Part shown: positions 26,937 through 39,763 of the stretch, one piece after another | Position numbering within the stretch: the stretch's first letter is position 1 | Layout of the letters: the number at the start of each line of letters is the position of its first letter | The notes under the pieces: generated by a model | What the model was told of the DNA's origin: nothing | The model's database searches: none | The model's input: the letters and a program-made list of their open reading frames with translations, nothing else | Program-made: the position numbers and the translations under genes | Origin: Isurus oxyrinchus | Taxonomy: Eukaryota | Assembly (NCBI GenBank): GCA_026770705.1 | Contig: JANJGN010000301.1 | Coordinates: forward strand, 248,001 to 312,000 | DNA length: 64,000 nt | Direction of reading: 5' to 3'

Positions 26937-27650
26937 GTGAGCGGTGAGATTGAAGCAATAAGTGGTTCAATGAATCTATTTCCAGTGTAAGTGTAAGGAT
27001 CAATATTTACTATTCAGTGTACTCATGGTCTACTCTGATGAGCAATTTCGCCAACTAAACGCCCTGGGCATGTGGACTTTCAAGGGGAAATTGATAAGTA
27101 GATGAATGAACGATGAATTGAAGGTTGTGCCATTGGGTTTAGATGAAGCAAGATGGGAGGATCCTGGTGCGAAGCTGTAACACCAACATAGACCAGCTGG
27201 GCAGAATGGCCTGTTTCTGTGCTGTAAACTTTGAGAAACTTTCTCGTCCAACCCCATAAGTTCTCCATGAAAAGGATTGTGCCACCTCTGCTCCGAGCTG
27301 GAAAGCCGGACAGATCCCAAAGTATTTTATTTATTAATTCATGGGATGTGGGCGTCGCTGGCTGGGCCAGAGTTATTGCCCATCCCTAATAGCCCTTGAC
27401 AAGGTGGTGGTGAGCTGCCTTCTTGAACCGCTGCAGTCCATGTGGTGTAGATACACCCACAGTGCTGTTAGGAAGGGAGTCCCAGGATTTTGACTCAGTT
27501 ATAGTGAAGGATCGGTGATATATTTCCAAGAAGTGGATAATGAAAAACCTTAATATTCATCACAAAACACGTTTCTCTCACATCTAACCAGCAGTTTCAT
27601 TATCTACGAAAGTATCCAGTTTGTTGACATTTATTGTACATTTTCTGCAG

Positions 27651-28042
27651 TTAAAGACCCGCGGGAACCGTCCGTGTCTGTCCTCCTGCCCTCGGCAGAA
27701 GATGTCTCCGCTCAGAGATTTGTCTCCCTCAGCTGCTTAGTGAGAGGTTTCTCCCCGCGAGAGATTTTCGTCAAGTGGACCGTCAATGACAAGCCGGTGG
27801 ATCCCGGAAACTACAAGAACACTGAGGTAGTGGCGGAGAACGGCAATCGCTCCTTCTTCATGTACAGCCTGTTATCCATTGCAGCAGAGGAGTGGGCCAG
27901 CGGAGCTTCTTACTCCTGTGTGGTGGGACATGAAGCGATCCCCTTGAAGATCATCAACAGAACTGTTGATAAATCCAGCGGTAAACCGAGTTTTGTGAAC
28001 ATTTCCCTTGCACTGATGGACACCGTTAATTCATGTCAATGA
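27651..28042 (+). CDS. IGHM: IgM constant exon CH4 plus secretory tailpiece
   Basis: [25 protein letters not shown]; tail [20 protein letters not shown] with an NIS glycosylation site and penultimate Cys; internal donor G|GTAAAC after 27980 for the membrane form. Confidence 0.97.
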
Positions 28043-28069
28043 GAATTTCTCGGTTAAATTTCAAACCTC

Positions 28070-28086
28070 AATAAACAAATAATAAA
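28070..28086 (+). terminator. Secretory-form polyadenylation signals
   Basis: AATAAA at 28070 and 28081, just after the tailpiece stop. Confidence 0.8.
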
Positions 28087-28494
28087 GTCCTTTTCTCCAA
28101 TCGTGATTTAAATACACAATTGTATAATCAATGTTGTTTTCCACTTTTGCTGATGTTAGACCTGTTTAGTTAAAATCGAATATTTACAGGGCTCATACCC
28201 AAGTCTTGTACACCCAGTGCTCGCAGCTCAGATACACCCAGGGTTAGAGACAGAGTAAAGCTCATTCATTAAGGGATTCTGCAAAATAACTTCACCAGCT
28301 CTCCTCCCACTGAGGAGAAATCTGACAATTCCCATTTCAGACAAACAAACACAGCACATTTAGATCTCAGTGTTCCTGCTTCTCTTATTGTCCATCCTTT
28401 TAAAATGGACGTCAGCTTTAAACTGCTGCACCACACCCACTGGGAACTGAAGTGGAGTCACACAGAAACATGTCCCAACAATCCCCCATCAGGG

Positions 28495-28935
28495 AGGGGG
28501 GAGGGTAATTGTTAACCCACTGTACTCGCTCTTGCCCAACAGAGAGATGGGGGAGGGAAGTTGTTAACCCACTGTACCCCACTTCCCCAACAGAGGGAGG
28601 GGAAGGGAAATTGTTAACCTACTTTACCCCCACTTCCCCAACAGAGAGAGAGGAAGGGGACATTGTTAACCTACTTCACCTCCACTTCCACAACAGTGGG
28701 TGGGGGGGGGGGGGGGGATTGTTTAGCCACTGTACCCCACTTTCCCAACGGAGAGAGGGGAAGGGAAATTGATAATCCGCTGTACCTCCACTTCCCCAAC
28801 AGAGAAAACTGAAAGGAAAATTTTAAGCCAATCTTACCTCCACTTGCTAAACAAAAAGAAGAGGAAGGTCATTGGTTAACCCGGTGTGTCTCCACCTTCT
28901 CAGCAGAGAGAACTGAAAGGGAAATTGTTTAGACA
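28495..28935. repeat. ~49-bp tandem repeat (AATTGTTAACCCACTGTACCCCACTTCCCCAACAGAGAGAGGGGAAGGG)
   Basis: About 8 imperfect copies. Confidence 0.8.
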
Positions 28936-29404
28936 ACCAGACAGAACAAAACTATTAGCTCACTGGACCCTCACTCACCGAGCAGAGAATCTGGAAGGAA
29001 ACGGGTCTCTACTGTCAGGACTCAGTTACCAACAGTCCACGTTGGCTTCCAGCTTACTGGCCACAGATTTGAAACTCTCATCATGCTTAGGATGTTGTAA
29101 AAACATATATTTATGCAACATAATTTGAAGATGTTTTAATACTCTTGTTCCTGTTAAGCTTATGCTAAGATTAATTTCCCATAATCCGAATCTATACTGG
29201 TGATTGAATCCTCCCTGGGTTGTTCAAGGTTCTGTCCCTGAATTTTATGAGGCACATGATTGATTGTTTGCATTCGTTCACCTGATATCACCTTGCATCT
29301 CACAGAAAACATGTTTATGCACAGAACATTGAAAATATTCACCAAAATTTTCAACATCAAGGTCAGACTCGATCATTGGTACTGGTAAAATTCGGGAAAA
29401 TAGT

Positions 29405-30535
29405 AAAAACACACACAGCTGACAAAAATGGACAGACACAAACATGCGTACACACACACATAGGCACAGACACACAGACAAACACACACAGGTACAGGCA
29501 GACACATTTACACCCACACATGCGCAGCCACACAAACACAGGCAGACACAGGCAGACACACATAGACAAATACAGACACACGTGCATACACACGCGCACA
29601 CATGTGCGCACAATCACAAACACATGGGTGCAGACGCACAAACATACACAGACACACACGTACACACAATCACACACATGCAGAAATACACACGCACACA
29701 ATCACACACATGCAGAAATACACACACAGACACACTCACTCACACACATATACACAATCACACACACACAAACAGATAAAACCAGACAGGCAGACTCATA
29801 CAAGGACACAAAGAACAAATGTAAGTTTTAGCATATGCAGTATTACATGTTCACAATGACATAAATACAGACATAAAGACACACACTATCGTACAAATTA
29901 AAACAAATGCATGGACACACATTAACACATGCACACATATGAGCAGATGACACCCAGACACAAAAACACAGAAGAACAGACTAACACATTCACAAACACA
30001 CATGTAGACACAAATATGAATATACTCATACACACTAGAAAACAAAAAACACACGTTAGTACATATGAAAACATAAAAACACATTGATACATAGTTCTAA
30101 ATATCGATCAACACACAAATGCACATATTAAAAACTCTCTCTCTCGCTGTGTCACACACACATGCACATACACACACACACACAGACGATGTGACACAGA
30201 CATTAATATGCTGACATACACGTGGAACACAAAAAGAAACATTAACACTCATATTAGCAGGCACACATTAAACAGGTAAATACACATTTACACAGATAGT
30301 AATAAGTAAATTTGGAAATCAAGACATAAACACACACAATAACACATGCATACACCCACATTAGCAGAAAAACAAAATATACGTAAAGATGCAGACACAA
30401 AAATACACAAATCAGCACTCATTGGCACATGAACACACACATTAACACACATGTACACCTATGGACACACAAACAAACAGTAATGCAAAGCGCGAGATAC
30501 TGATGCACACACATACAAAAGCTAAAGCACAACGC
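29405..30535. repeat. Degenerate (CA)n-rich tract
   Basis: Low-complexity CA runs. Confidence 0.85.
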
Positions 30536-31078
30536 AAACGCCAGACTATTGAAGAAAGTATAATTCAAATGGACTTTTTTAATGACATATCCTCCGGCAA
30601 TTGTCTCTTTTACATAATAACCCGATAAACACACTGAAACAATGTTCTTACTGAGAAACTGATTTAAGTTAATGATGCACCAAATATTCCCATCACAAAT
30701 AGATAAACAAGATGGGAAATCACATCCGAGCTTTTAAAAAGCAACATTCACAGTTTCCAAATAAGTAGCTCAGTGAATCTCTCCCGATATCCATCATAAT
30801 ATTCTCCAATAATAGATCGTACGAAATTGTTCGAAAATAAACTGATACTGGAGAAAAGTTGCCATATTTTCCGACACGGGCTGTACAAAGATTGTAAAGG
30901 GAGAACAGCTGTGGAGATAGTTACAGAGATGGGTTACTGAGTGTCACGAACTTAATAGGAGATATACATTGAACATGGAATACATTAATAACTTAGGAAA
31001 GAGTAAAGGAAATGTTTAAAAATGATATCCTAGATTAATAATCAATCTAGTTATATCTCCTCGGTTATATCCCCGTAG

Positions 31079-31206
31079 ATTCCACAGACCGTATCTGGAT
31101 TGAAGACTCTGAGGATGATAACAGCAACATCTGGACAACCGCTTCCACATTCATCATCCTGTTCTTCCTGAGCATTTTCTACAGCACTGCCGTCACTCTG
31201 GCGAAG
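31079..31206 (+). CDS. IGHM: IgM transmembrane exon TM1
   Basis: CCCCGTAG| DSTDRIWIEDSEDDNSNIWTTASTFIILFFLSIFYSTAVTLAK |GTGAG; acidic spacer and conserved antigen-receptor TM motif; in frame with the CH4 internal donor. Confidence 0.95.
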
Positions 31207-31345
31207 GTGAGAAGATTCAATCCACTCACACTTCAAACTGACAGAAGCGGTTTGAAAAAATCTCTCAATGTTTCATTGATTAAAACTCTAACATAAATGT
31301 CCTAGATCAAAACAACCTGCTTCATTATTTCATCTTCTTTTACAG

Positions 31346-31354
31346 ATCAAGTGA
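31346..31354 (+). CDS. IGHM: IgM TM2 exon (IK-stop; cytoplasmic tail KIK)
   Basis: CTTCTTTTACAG|ATC AAG TGA. Confidence 0.9.
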   Translation: MK

Positions 31355-31770
31355 CCGGTTGAATTTTGGACACCGTAGATTTTCCTCAGCTGTTTATTGA
31401 GATTTCTGTATTCCGAATTTAAAATATGTTCTCTCGGTGACTGTAAAAATGAAATACCTTCAGTTCATGTTTCCGAATTTGTAACTGAGACAATCATGGA
31501 CGGTATTTCCGTTTCTCTGTTTCAAATGTGCGAGATAATTATGATTGCATTGCAGTAGCAGCTTATAATTTCCCAGTAGTTTGAATTCCCTGTGTAAATA
31601 AGTAACGTTTCTAATCCCTCATTCACAATTAATCCCATCCCTTTACGTTGAGTTCCTGTTTTCTCTTTCAGGTCTCTGTTACAGTTGTACACACAGTTGG
31701 CAGCTCAGAGCGAATATGCTCTGTTCTCAATGTGACTCTCAGTCATTATATTCACTTCAGTTAACTTTAA

Positions 31771-31812
31771 AATAAACTTTTCTGTAAAATGTTCCCTGAA
31801 ATTGTTAATAAA
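31771..31812 (+). terminator. Membrane-form polyadenylation signals
   Basis: AATAAA at 31771 and 31807. Confidence 0.65.
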
Positions 31813-32364
31813 TCATGAATGTGAAACGAACTGACTTTGCCGAACTCCTTTCTCTCAGGCCCATCGACACCGCTCCATTTTCCCTATTACACTGTTTTCC
31901 CCCCGTTCCCAGGCAGGCATTTTTAACCAGTCTTGTCTGGGATGTGAAACAAAAACAGAAAATGCTGGAAAAACTCAGCAGGTCTCACAGCATCTCTGGA
32001 GCCAAAAAAACAGAACGTTTCGAGTCCTCATGACTTCTTCAGAGCCCAAGGTCCTTCAGTGAAAGAGTCATCGCGCCACCCAGCGACCCGTCGGTGTTAA
32101 TACATCTTTACCGCTGCCTTTTTATGCCAAACCCCAGAGGCAGAATGATAGCAGAGCGAGGAGAGCCTCGGTGATTTCACTCATACTCAGGCCTGTCACA
32201 GTCACATGTCAGGTAATAGTGAACAGCAGGGGTCTGCTCCATCAGGTGCCCCTACAGGACAGCATATGGAGGACTAAAGTTTCCTTTACACTGTCCCGTT
32301 AAACATTCCCAGGGTCCGTTTAGCAGGGGTAAGGTAGGGAGTAAAAGTTTTTTTCCTCTTTATC

Positions 32365-32800
32365 CTTTCATGAGATGTGGGTGTCGCTGGCAAGGCCGCC
32401 CCGAACAGCCCGGCTTCCGAGGTCAGTTCAGAGGGCAGTTCAGTCACATTGCTGTGGACCTGGAATCTCATATCGGCCAGGCCGGATAAAGATGGCAGAT
32501 TTCCTTCACTAAAGGATATTAGTGCAGCAGGTGGGTTTTTACGACAATCGGTGATAGTTGCCATGGTCACCAATACCGAGGTCAGTTTTCAATCCCAGAT
32601 TTTATGAACTGAATTCAAATCCCAGCAGCTGCCATGTTGGGATTTGAACCCGTACCGCCAGAGCATTCGCCTGGACTCTCTCTACCTTGTCCAATTAAAC
32701 ACTCTCAAGGCAGAGACGTCACAGTCCATCTTCTCAAGGCAATTAGGGATGTGTAATAAATGCTGGCCCAGACAGCCACGCCCACATCGCATAAATGAAT
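32365..32800 (-). mobile_element. tRNA-derived SINE, antisense, plus tail fragment
   Basis: Reverse complement of the shared SINE core. Confidence 0.65.
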
Positions 32801-33029
32801 AACAAAAAGTACACATTTAAGACAGAAGGAACAACTGACACAAACCCAAGACTGACTCCCAGAAGCTGGGGCCGATCTGACAAAGACACGTTATCAAGGA
32901 GTAATCCTGCAAATTATTACCACAGTTTGGGGTTTATCAGGATCACCAGTGAGTACAAATCGTGGAAATTCTCAGAACCTGCGGCCTGCCTGACGCAACA
33001 AACAACTGATCTCACTCAACATTACCACA

Positions 33030-33200
33030 GAGATCCTCTCTCGCTGCTCCATTCTCTCATATCATCCTCCTGAACTCACTGAACATCACCCCAGGGATCC
33101 TCTCTCCCTGCTCCATTCCTGCTGATACCATCCTCCTGAACTCACTGAAGAGCACCCTGGGGATCTTCTCTCCCTGCTCCATTCCCTCTGATACCAGCTC
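33030..33200. repeat. ~60-bp tandem repeat, 3 copies
   Basis: GATCCTCTCTCCCTGCTCCATTC..ATCCTCCTGAACTCACTGAA repeated. Confidence 0.8.
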
Positions 33201-33385
33201 TGATGTGAAGCTTCAACTCTCACTCCACTGATTCGCCACTGCGTTTTCAGTTTTTAACCAATAATATAAACTCTCTGTTTAAGCAGTGTGGACATGAGCA
33301 AAGAACCCTCATTCCCACACAAGGCCGCGGCGGTCAATGTGCTGAATCCTGTCCACTCGGACACCAGGGGCGTTATCACTGTGCT

Positions 33386-33457
33386 TTAATCAACCAGAAA
33401 TTGAACGCGAGCCGTGGCAGTAGAAGTTCCGAACCCTAGCCATGAGGCCGGCAGGGG
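33386..33457 (-). pseudogene. tRNA-Glu pseudogene
   Basis: Reverse complement CCCCTGCCGGCCTCATGGCTAGGGTTCGGAACTTCTACTGCCACGGCTCGCGTTCAATTTCTGG aligns without gaps to vertebrate tRNA-Glu recalled from memory; stems are broken. Confidence 0.7.
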
Positions 33458-33889
33458 GGTTACCCCTGCAGTTTGATAAACAATACCTTTGCCTTTTTTT
33501 TTTCATTTTAAACCACTTTATCCAGAGGAAAAATGACCTATTCAACCAATTAAGACAACCATCGCCATTGGCTAGAACATGAAATTGACAGGTTGGTGAA
33601 ATAGTACCAAAAGCTGTGAAATGCAAAATTCAATTTCCAAAACCCACCAATCAAATCACTGCGGTTCCTGCAAACCTTTTAAGGCAGGACACGGCAGATA
33701 TTCATGATGGAAAATAATTGAGCAACGTAAAATTCTTCCACTTTCATGTCATATTTTTTAATTCTTAATCTCCAACTCGGACATTTCCAGTTCTATTTAA
33801 TGCCCACGTGGAGCTTTAACTCTGTTTCCAGACAATATGACTTCTTCAGAACTGAAGGGAAGTAGAAATGTGATGGGTTTTATGCTACT

Positions 33890-34580
33890 GCCGAGGGTGG
33901 GTGGAGCAGATGGAGCAAAATAGAAGGTCAGGGATAGGTTGGAGGTCAGGAGGGATTCAATGACAAAGATGTCATGGAACACAAGTCAAGGGAAATGTTT
34001 ATGATATCATCAAAGACTAAAGCATGTGTTAATATCTAAACAAAGGTCAGCAGTGACTGGAAGCAAAATAGTAGGATGTGTTAATAGCAGAAAAAGGGTC
34101 AGCGCTGTCTGAAATCAAAACATGAGAACAAGATGTAGACTGGCACTTGGGGGGTTGGGGGCTGCAGGGAAATTAAAATGGAGGACAGAGTTCATAATGT
34201 GAACTTGTTGACCTCAATGTTGAGTCCAGAAGGCTGTAGAGTGCCTTATGAGAAGATGAGGTGCTGTTCCTCCAGTTTGCGTTGAGCTTCACTGGAACAT
34301 TGTAGAAGGCCCAGGACAGAAATGTGAACATGAGAGCAAAATGGTGAATTGAAATGGCAAGCGACAGGCAGGCCTGAGTCATGCTTATCGACAAGTTTGA
34401 CAAAACGGGCAGTCGGTCTGTGTTTAGTCTCCCCAGTGTGGAGGAAACCACATTGTGAGCGGTGAATACAACAGCCTGAATTGCAAGAAGTGTAAATAAA
34501 TCTCTGCTTCACCTGGAAGGAGTGTTTGGGGCCTTGGAAGGTGAGAAGGGAGGAGGTAAAAGGGCAGGTTTTGCCTCTTA
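33890..34580 (-). mobile_element. Penelope-like element fragment (GIY-YIG endonuclease C-terminus)
   Basis: GFLHTGETKHR..LPVACHFNS..EAQRKLEEQHLIF; a related copy lies at 42850-43170. Confidence 0.7.
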
Positions 34581-34850
34581 GCCTTCTAAATTCCAGCGGA
34601 TACAAGCCTAGCCTGTCCAGCCTTTCCTCATAAGACAACCTGACCATTCTTGGTATTAGTCCACTAAACCTTCTCTGAACTACTTCTAACGCATTTACAC
34701 CTTTCCTTAAATAAGGAGGCCAATAATTTACACAATACTCCAGATATGGTCTTACCAGAATCCTGTACAGCTGCAGCATAATCTTCTTACCTCAATTCCC
34801 CTCACATTAAATTATAACATTCTATTAGCTTTCCTAATTACTTGCTGTAC
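34580..34850 (-). mobile_element. CR1 LINE fragment
   Basis: MLQLYRILVRPYLEYC..LGLYPLEFRRLRG. Confidence 0.85.
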
Positions 34851-35029
34851 CTAATAGTTAAAAAATTTCTTTCAGACCTTCTGAAGCGCTTCGCACATCC
34901 CGAACCTATACTCCATGTTCCATCCTTGTTGCCCTGATCTGTCCTAAATCTCTTTTCAGCCTACATACTCCCCTGTATCTTCCCCACAACTTACATTTTC
35001 ACCACTTTCATCAGCTAAACTTTAACTAC

Positions 35030-35102
35030 AGGCACCAGCCATGACCGAACTCACAGCACCTGGTTTCCGAGATCAGTATTTTAACCACTGGGCTTTGCCA
35101 AT
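35030..35102 (-). pseudogene. tRNA-Thr pseudogene (anticodon position now CGG)
   Basis: Reverse complement ..AGCCCAGTGGTTAAAATACTGATCTCGGAAACCAGGTGCTGTGAGTTCGGTCATGGCTGGTGCCT parallels tRNA-Thr(CGT/TGT); the 5' acceptor strand is decayed. Confidence 0.7.
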
Positions 35103-35489
35103 GGGTCTAATATGTACAAAAAGGTCAATCCCGTTGTGCAACTTTTAAGCCGACTGTTTTTCTCTGTACCATTTACCATGAAAATACATAACGAAAGTGA
35201 ATAAAGTTTGCGATGGTAAAAATGCGTTTACCCGCTCAGGGAACTGAACCACACTGACACACGGCGAGGAACACACACAGACATAAACACCAATAGTGAC
35301 AGAGGCCGAAGGAGAGACAAACATTTAAAAATCAAGGATGCCGCCAAATTGGCTCCATTTTTGTTCCATTTGCAACTGCAAGTTTGGCAAATGCCTACGG
35401 ATGAACGAAAATGAAAAACACACGGGGTCATTTGAAAGATTCTTTAGTCAATTTCATAGATAATTAATTTTCTAACTTAAGCAAATTGA

Positions 35490-37100
35490 TATAGGGAGTA
35501 ACAAGGTATTGGAGGTACTGGCAGGCTTAAAAGTGGACATATCTCCAGGTCCAGGTGATTTATGTCCCAGACTGCTGAGGGAGGCAAGAGAGGAGATCAC
35601 ACGGGCTCTCGCCCAAATTTTTAATTCCTCCCTGGCCACGGGGGAGGTGCCAGAGGACTGGAGAACAGCTAATGTGGTTGTAGAGATTAAGCAAGGTAGC
35701 TACAGGCCCGTGAGTCTCACGTCAGTGCTAAAGAAACTATTGGAGAAAATTCTGAAGGAGAGTATCTACCTCCACTTGGTTTGATCAGGGATAGTCAGCA
35801 TGGCTTTGTCAGAGGGAGATCATGCTTAACAAATTTGATTGAATTTTTAGAGGAGGTGACCAGGTGTGCAGATGAGGGGAGTGCAGTTGATGTAGTTTAT
35901 ATGGATTTCAGCAAAGCCTTTGACAAGGCCCCACATGGGAGACTAAGAAAAAAGGCAAATGCACATGGGATACAGGGTAATTTGATAATGTGGATTCAAA
36001 ATTGGCTTAGATGTAGGAGGCAGAGGGCGATAACAGAAGGATGCTTTTGTGACTGGAAGCCAATGTCCAGTGGCATGCCACAGGGATCTGTGCTCGGTCC
36101 CCTATTATTTATCATTTATATAAACGACATAAATGATATGTTGGCGGGGGGGTGGGGTGGGGTGGTAGGATTAGTAAGTTTGCAGATGGCACAAACATTG
36201 GCTGGGTGGTTAACAGTGAGGTTGAATGTCTTGAGCTACCAGAAGATATAGATGGGATGGTCAAATGGACAAATAAGTGGCAAATGGAATTTAACCCTGA
36301 AAAGCGTGAGGGGATACATTTTGCAATGAGTAATTTGACAAAGAAGTATTCAATGAACGGCATGACACTAGGAAGTTCTGAGGAACAAAGGAACATTGGC
36401 GTGGGTGTCCATAGATTTCTGTAGGCGGAAGGGCATGTTAGTGGGGTGGTGAAAAAGGCATATGGGACACTTGCCTTTATCAATCGATGCACAGATTACA
36501 AAAGTAGGGAGGTCATGTTGGAATTGTATAGAACCTTTGTGAGGCCACAGCTGGAGTACTGTGTGCAGTTCTGGTCGCCACATTACAGGAAGGATGTGAT
36601 TGCACTGGAGGGGGTGCAGACGAGATTCACCAGGATGTTGCCTGGGATGAAACATTTAAGTTATGAAGAGAGGTTGCATAGACTTGGGTTGTTTTCATTG
36701 GAGCAGAGAAGACTGTGGAGTGACCTGATCGAGGTGTACAAGATTATGAGGGGCATGAACAGGATGGATAGGGAGCAGCTGTTCCCCTCAGTTGAAATGT
36801 CAGTGACAAGGGGGCATAAGTTCAAGGTGAGGGTCAGGAGTTTTAGGGGGGATGTGAGGAAAAGCTTTTTTACCCAGAGGGTGGTAAAGGTCTGGAATGC
36901 ACTGCCTGGGAGGATGGTGGAGGCGGGTTCCCTCACATCCTTTAAAAAGTACCTGGATGGGTACTTGGCTCTTCATAACATTCAAGGCTATGGGCCAAGT
37001 GCTGATAAATGGGATTAGGTAGGTAGGTACGGTGTTTCTCACGTGTCGGTACAGACTTGATGGGCTGAAGGTCCTCTTCTGCACTGTGTGATTCTGTGAA
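35490..37100 (+). mobile_element. CR1-clade LINE, 5'-truncated, relatively young
   Basis: SPGPGDLCPRLL, QHGFVRGRSCLTNL, DFSKAFD, MPQGSVLGPLLF, KFADG and the C-terminal domain; ends CTGTGTGATTCTGTGA. Confidence 0.95.
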
Positions 37101-37408
37101 CTCATTCCTAAAACAGGAACAGTGAGAAATGTAGTTTGGAGGATTTAAACCGACATCAGGAAAATCCAAACGATTTCCAACCCATTTCCTGAGCAACTCA
37201 GCTCTGTACTCAGGTGCCATGTGCCTCTTAATGTTCTCTACATAAAATCAGAGAATGGCTATAGCAGAGAATGAAGACGTGGCCCCAGCTATTCCTGGCT
37301 GCCCTGCAATTCCTCCTGCCTCTTTTCGATCTTTCCTCCAGAATGGAGCACTATACTTGTCCCGAGCACACACTGAAGGATTTGGCTAAATTGACTGAAA
37401 ATATTAAC

Positions 37409-37490
37409 CGTCTGAAACTCTCTCAAACCCCGCACCTCCATAGAAACTGGAGCTTAAATCCAGCGCCTTCAGCCGCTCGGCTTCGCCACC
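37409..37490 (-). pseudogene. tRNA-Leu pseudogene (TAG/AAG-type body, anticodon position TAA, 3' end lost)
   Basis: Reverse complement GGTGGCGAAGCCGAGCGGCTGAAGGCGCTGGATTTAAGCTCCAGTTTCTATGGAGGTGCGGGGTTTGA parallels tRNA-Leu GGTAGCGTGGCCGAGCGGTCTAAGGCGCTGGATT. Confidence 0.8.
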
Positions 37491-38925
37491 ACGATCAATT
37501 CTGAAATTGTTGTTACCTTGACAGAAAATTTCAATCATCCTCCACTTTGTAGCATATGGGGACTCGGTAACGGAACAGTCTCCACTGAAAAAGAAACATC
37601 CAGAAAGAAACAATTTCCTCTTGCATCTTTCCAACCTGCTTTTTCTCTCTGAACCTTTTTAATATGAAGCTACACAACTAATGTGAATGAAGTTTGTGGT
37701 GGTAAAACTGTGTCCACCCCCTCGTGGAGCTGAACCGAGTTGATTCATTCCTGATCCGAACCACTCGCTATGCAACAAAGAAGCCCCTTTAAAACTGTAA
37801 CTATTATTTTCAGTTTCCTCTTCTCTCCGACCAAAATGAATCACTTCACACTCCCTCCCATCAAATTCCAGCTGCCACTTGTCCATCCAAATGGATTTGT
37901 TGAAGAGGCCGAAAGGAGAACCGACTCAAACTGGGAATGAACGAGTGAGAATGAAAGATGAAGAGAAGTGACGGGCTTTGTGGATCTCGGGGGAAAGAGA
38001 CTCCGGGATCAGTTCATTGTGACACTTCACACAGCAACAAGGAAACAACGTTCCCTGATGAGGGCCAAACCCAGGCAGCAGGAGTGGGAGCGCCGAATAA
38101 CAGCGATTTTAGTTAAAACACAGATTTGTTCAGCCAATAACAGCATCGAGTGTGTTCGACATGAACATGAAGTTAACAGTGAGGGGAAATTGTGCCACAA
38201 GCTGCGGATGTACAACTTTCAATTTCCAAAACCCACCAACAGAATCAATGCGGCTCCTCTGAAACTTTCAAGGCAAATATTGATCCTCTATCAGGTGCTT
38301 TTACCAAAACTATCCACAGTCCTCCTGGTGTGACCTAACCAGGGCTTTGTATAGCTGCAGCAAACCTTTCCCTCTTTTCTATAACAGTCTCTGTAACAGG
38401 TTGTACAGCAAGGGGAATTAGATTGTACAGAGCGACTGAGAAAAATGATGACATGCTTGATCTTAATAAACCTCTTTTGAAAGTTCGGTGTGAAATCAGC
38501 TGCATCAATACATTTTTTGGTTCAAAAATTATATGAGAATCTCGAGTCCAACTCTTGATGTCATTGGATCAGGGAAACTTTGTTAATGATCACACAGTGC
38601 ACATGGGCACTGCAGAAACTCCTGCACCTCTTTCAATATTGTTTCTCTTCATTCAGTTTACAAAAGGGAGCTGGACAATGACTAGAAAGCGAGAAAAAAC
38701 AAGGTTATAGAAAGCTCTTTGTGAAATGCTGTCATAGACACGATGGCCAAATTGTCTCCTAATGTGCTGTGTAATTTTATGATCACATTGTTGGATCAGT
38801 CTGACTCCAGCATTCCTATTTATAGCAACTGAATCCATTTCTTCAAAACAAAGACCCAAAGTGCTGCTGCATGGCGGCACAGGTTAACATTGTGGACAGG
38901 TCCATTGTGATCCCAGCAGTGTGTC

Positions 38926-38998
38926 GTTTCTGTGGTGTAGTGATTATCATGTGCACCTAACATACAGAAAGTCCCTCATTCGAAGCTCGGCAAAAAAG
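38926..38998 (+). pseudogene. tRNA-Val(AAC) pseudogene
   Basis: GTTTCTGTGGTGTAGTGATTATCATGTGCACCTAACATACAGAAAGTCCCTCATTCGAAGCTCGG aligns without gaps to tRNA-Val-AAC; several CpG-type transitions. Confidence 0.8.
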
Positions 38999-39709
38999 AA
39001 GCTTTGCCAAAAGCCGTTTGTTCAGTGTGAAGGGAAGTTCGCTAATTTACTTGTGTTATCAAAAACAGCATCATACAGCCACGTGTCACCTCTTGTCAAG
39101 GTGAATAACATCCAACAAATTAAAAACAGCCGCCATTCCACCACACACTAACCACTGGAAGTTATTAACCATTTTTCCCATTTAACCCGTCACTGGGCAG
39201 GCCGATTAGCAGTTTGTGCAGTCAACGAAAGGGATTATTGATGCAGATTAACATACTTACTCCCCGTCTCAAATATTGGCTAACAGCACCTGAAGACAGG
39301 TGCAAGGATACTGTAAATGAAACTGAGGAAATGGCAGACCTGCTGCAGAACCACCTTGCGTCGGTCTTCAGAATAGAGGAAGAGGAAAAACTACGATGGA
39401 GGCGAGGAAATCGAGACTCAGTATAGGTCTGGTGACACCCCTCCTTTCCTATTCAGTTGGGAAAGAAGAGACATGACGGGATTTAGGCACCAGAATGTAA
39501 AAGATGCCATGAGCCTATTTGAAAGAAGAGCAGGGGAGTTCTCCCTGCTTCCTGATCAATGTTTATCCCTCAATCAACTGTTTCCATGTATCGATAATGA
39601 ATGTTCCTACCTTTTGTTTGGAAGAAGGAAACCTTTGAGAACAATTGCTAATGTGGCAGTAATGATCTGAAGTTTTAAGCGGGTACCTTGACAGATTGCG
39701 TTGCCATCA

Positions 39710-39763
39710 GTTTCTAAAGCGCAATTGGCTATTTGGTTGGTGACTCAAGTCCATCCACGGGTG
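39710..39763 (+). pseudogene. tRNA-Asn pseudogene with the anticodon arm deleted
   Basis: GTTTCTAAAGCGCAATTGGCTA and GGTTGGTGACTCAAGTCCATCCACGGGTG match the 5' and 3' parts of tRNA-Asn. Confidence 0.6.

Noticed and set aside
29278-30084. Overlapping CV/HT-rich ORFs between CH4 and TM1, considered as a possible extra exon
   Set aside because: (CA)n repeat with no Ig fold.
34246-34779. 177-aa ORF as a novel RT/GIY-YIG fusion protein
   Set aside because: Chance in-frame junction of a CR1 fragment and a Penelope fragment, both truncated.
35225-35270. Further tRNA-like T-arm remnant (GGTTCAGTTCCCTGAGCGGG on -)
   Set aside because: Too short to assign an isotype.
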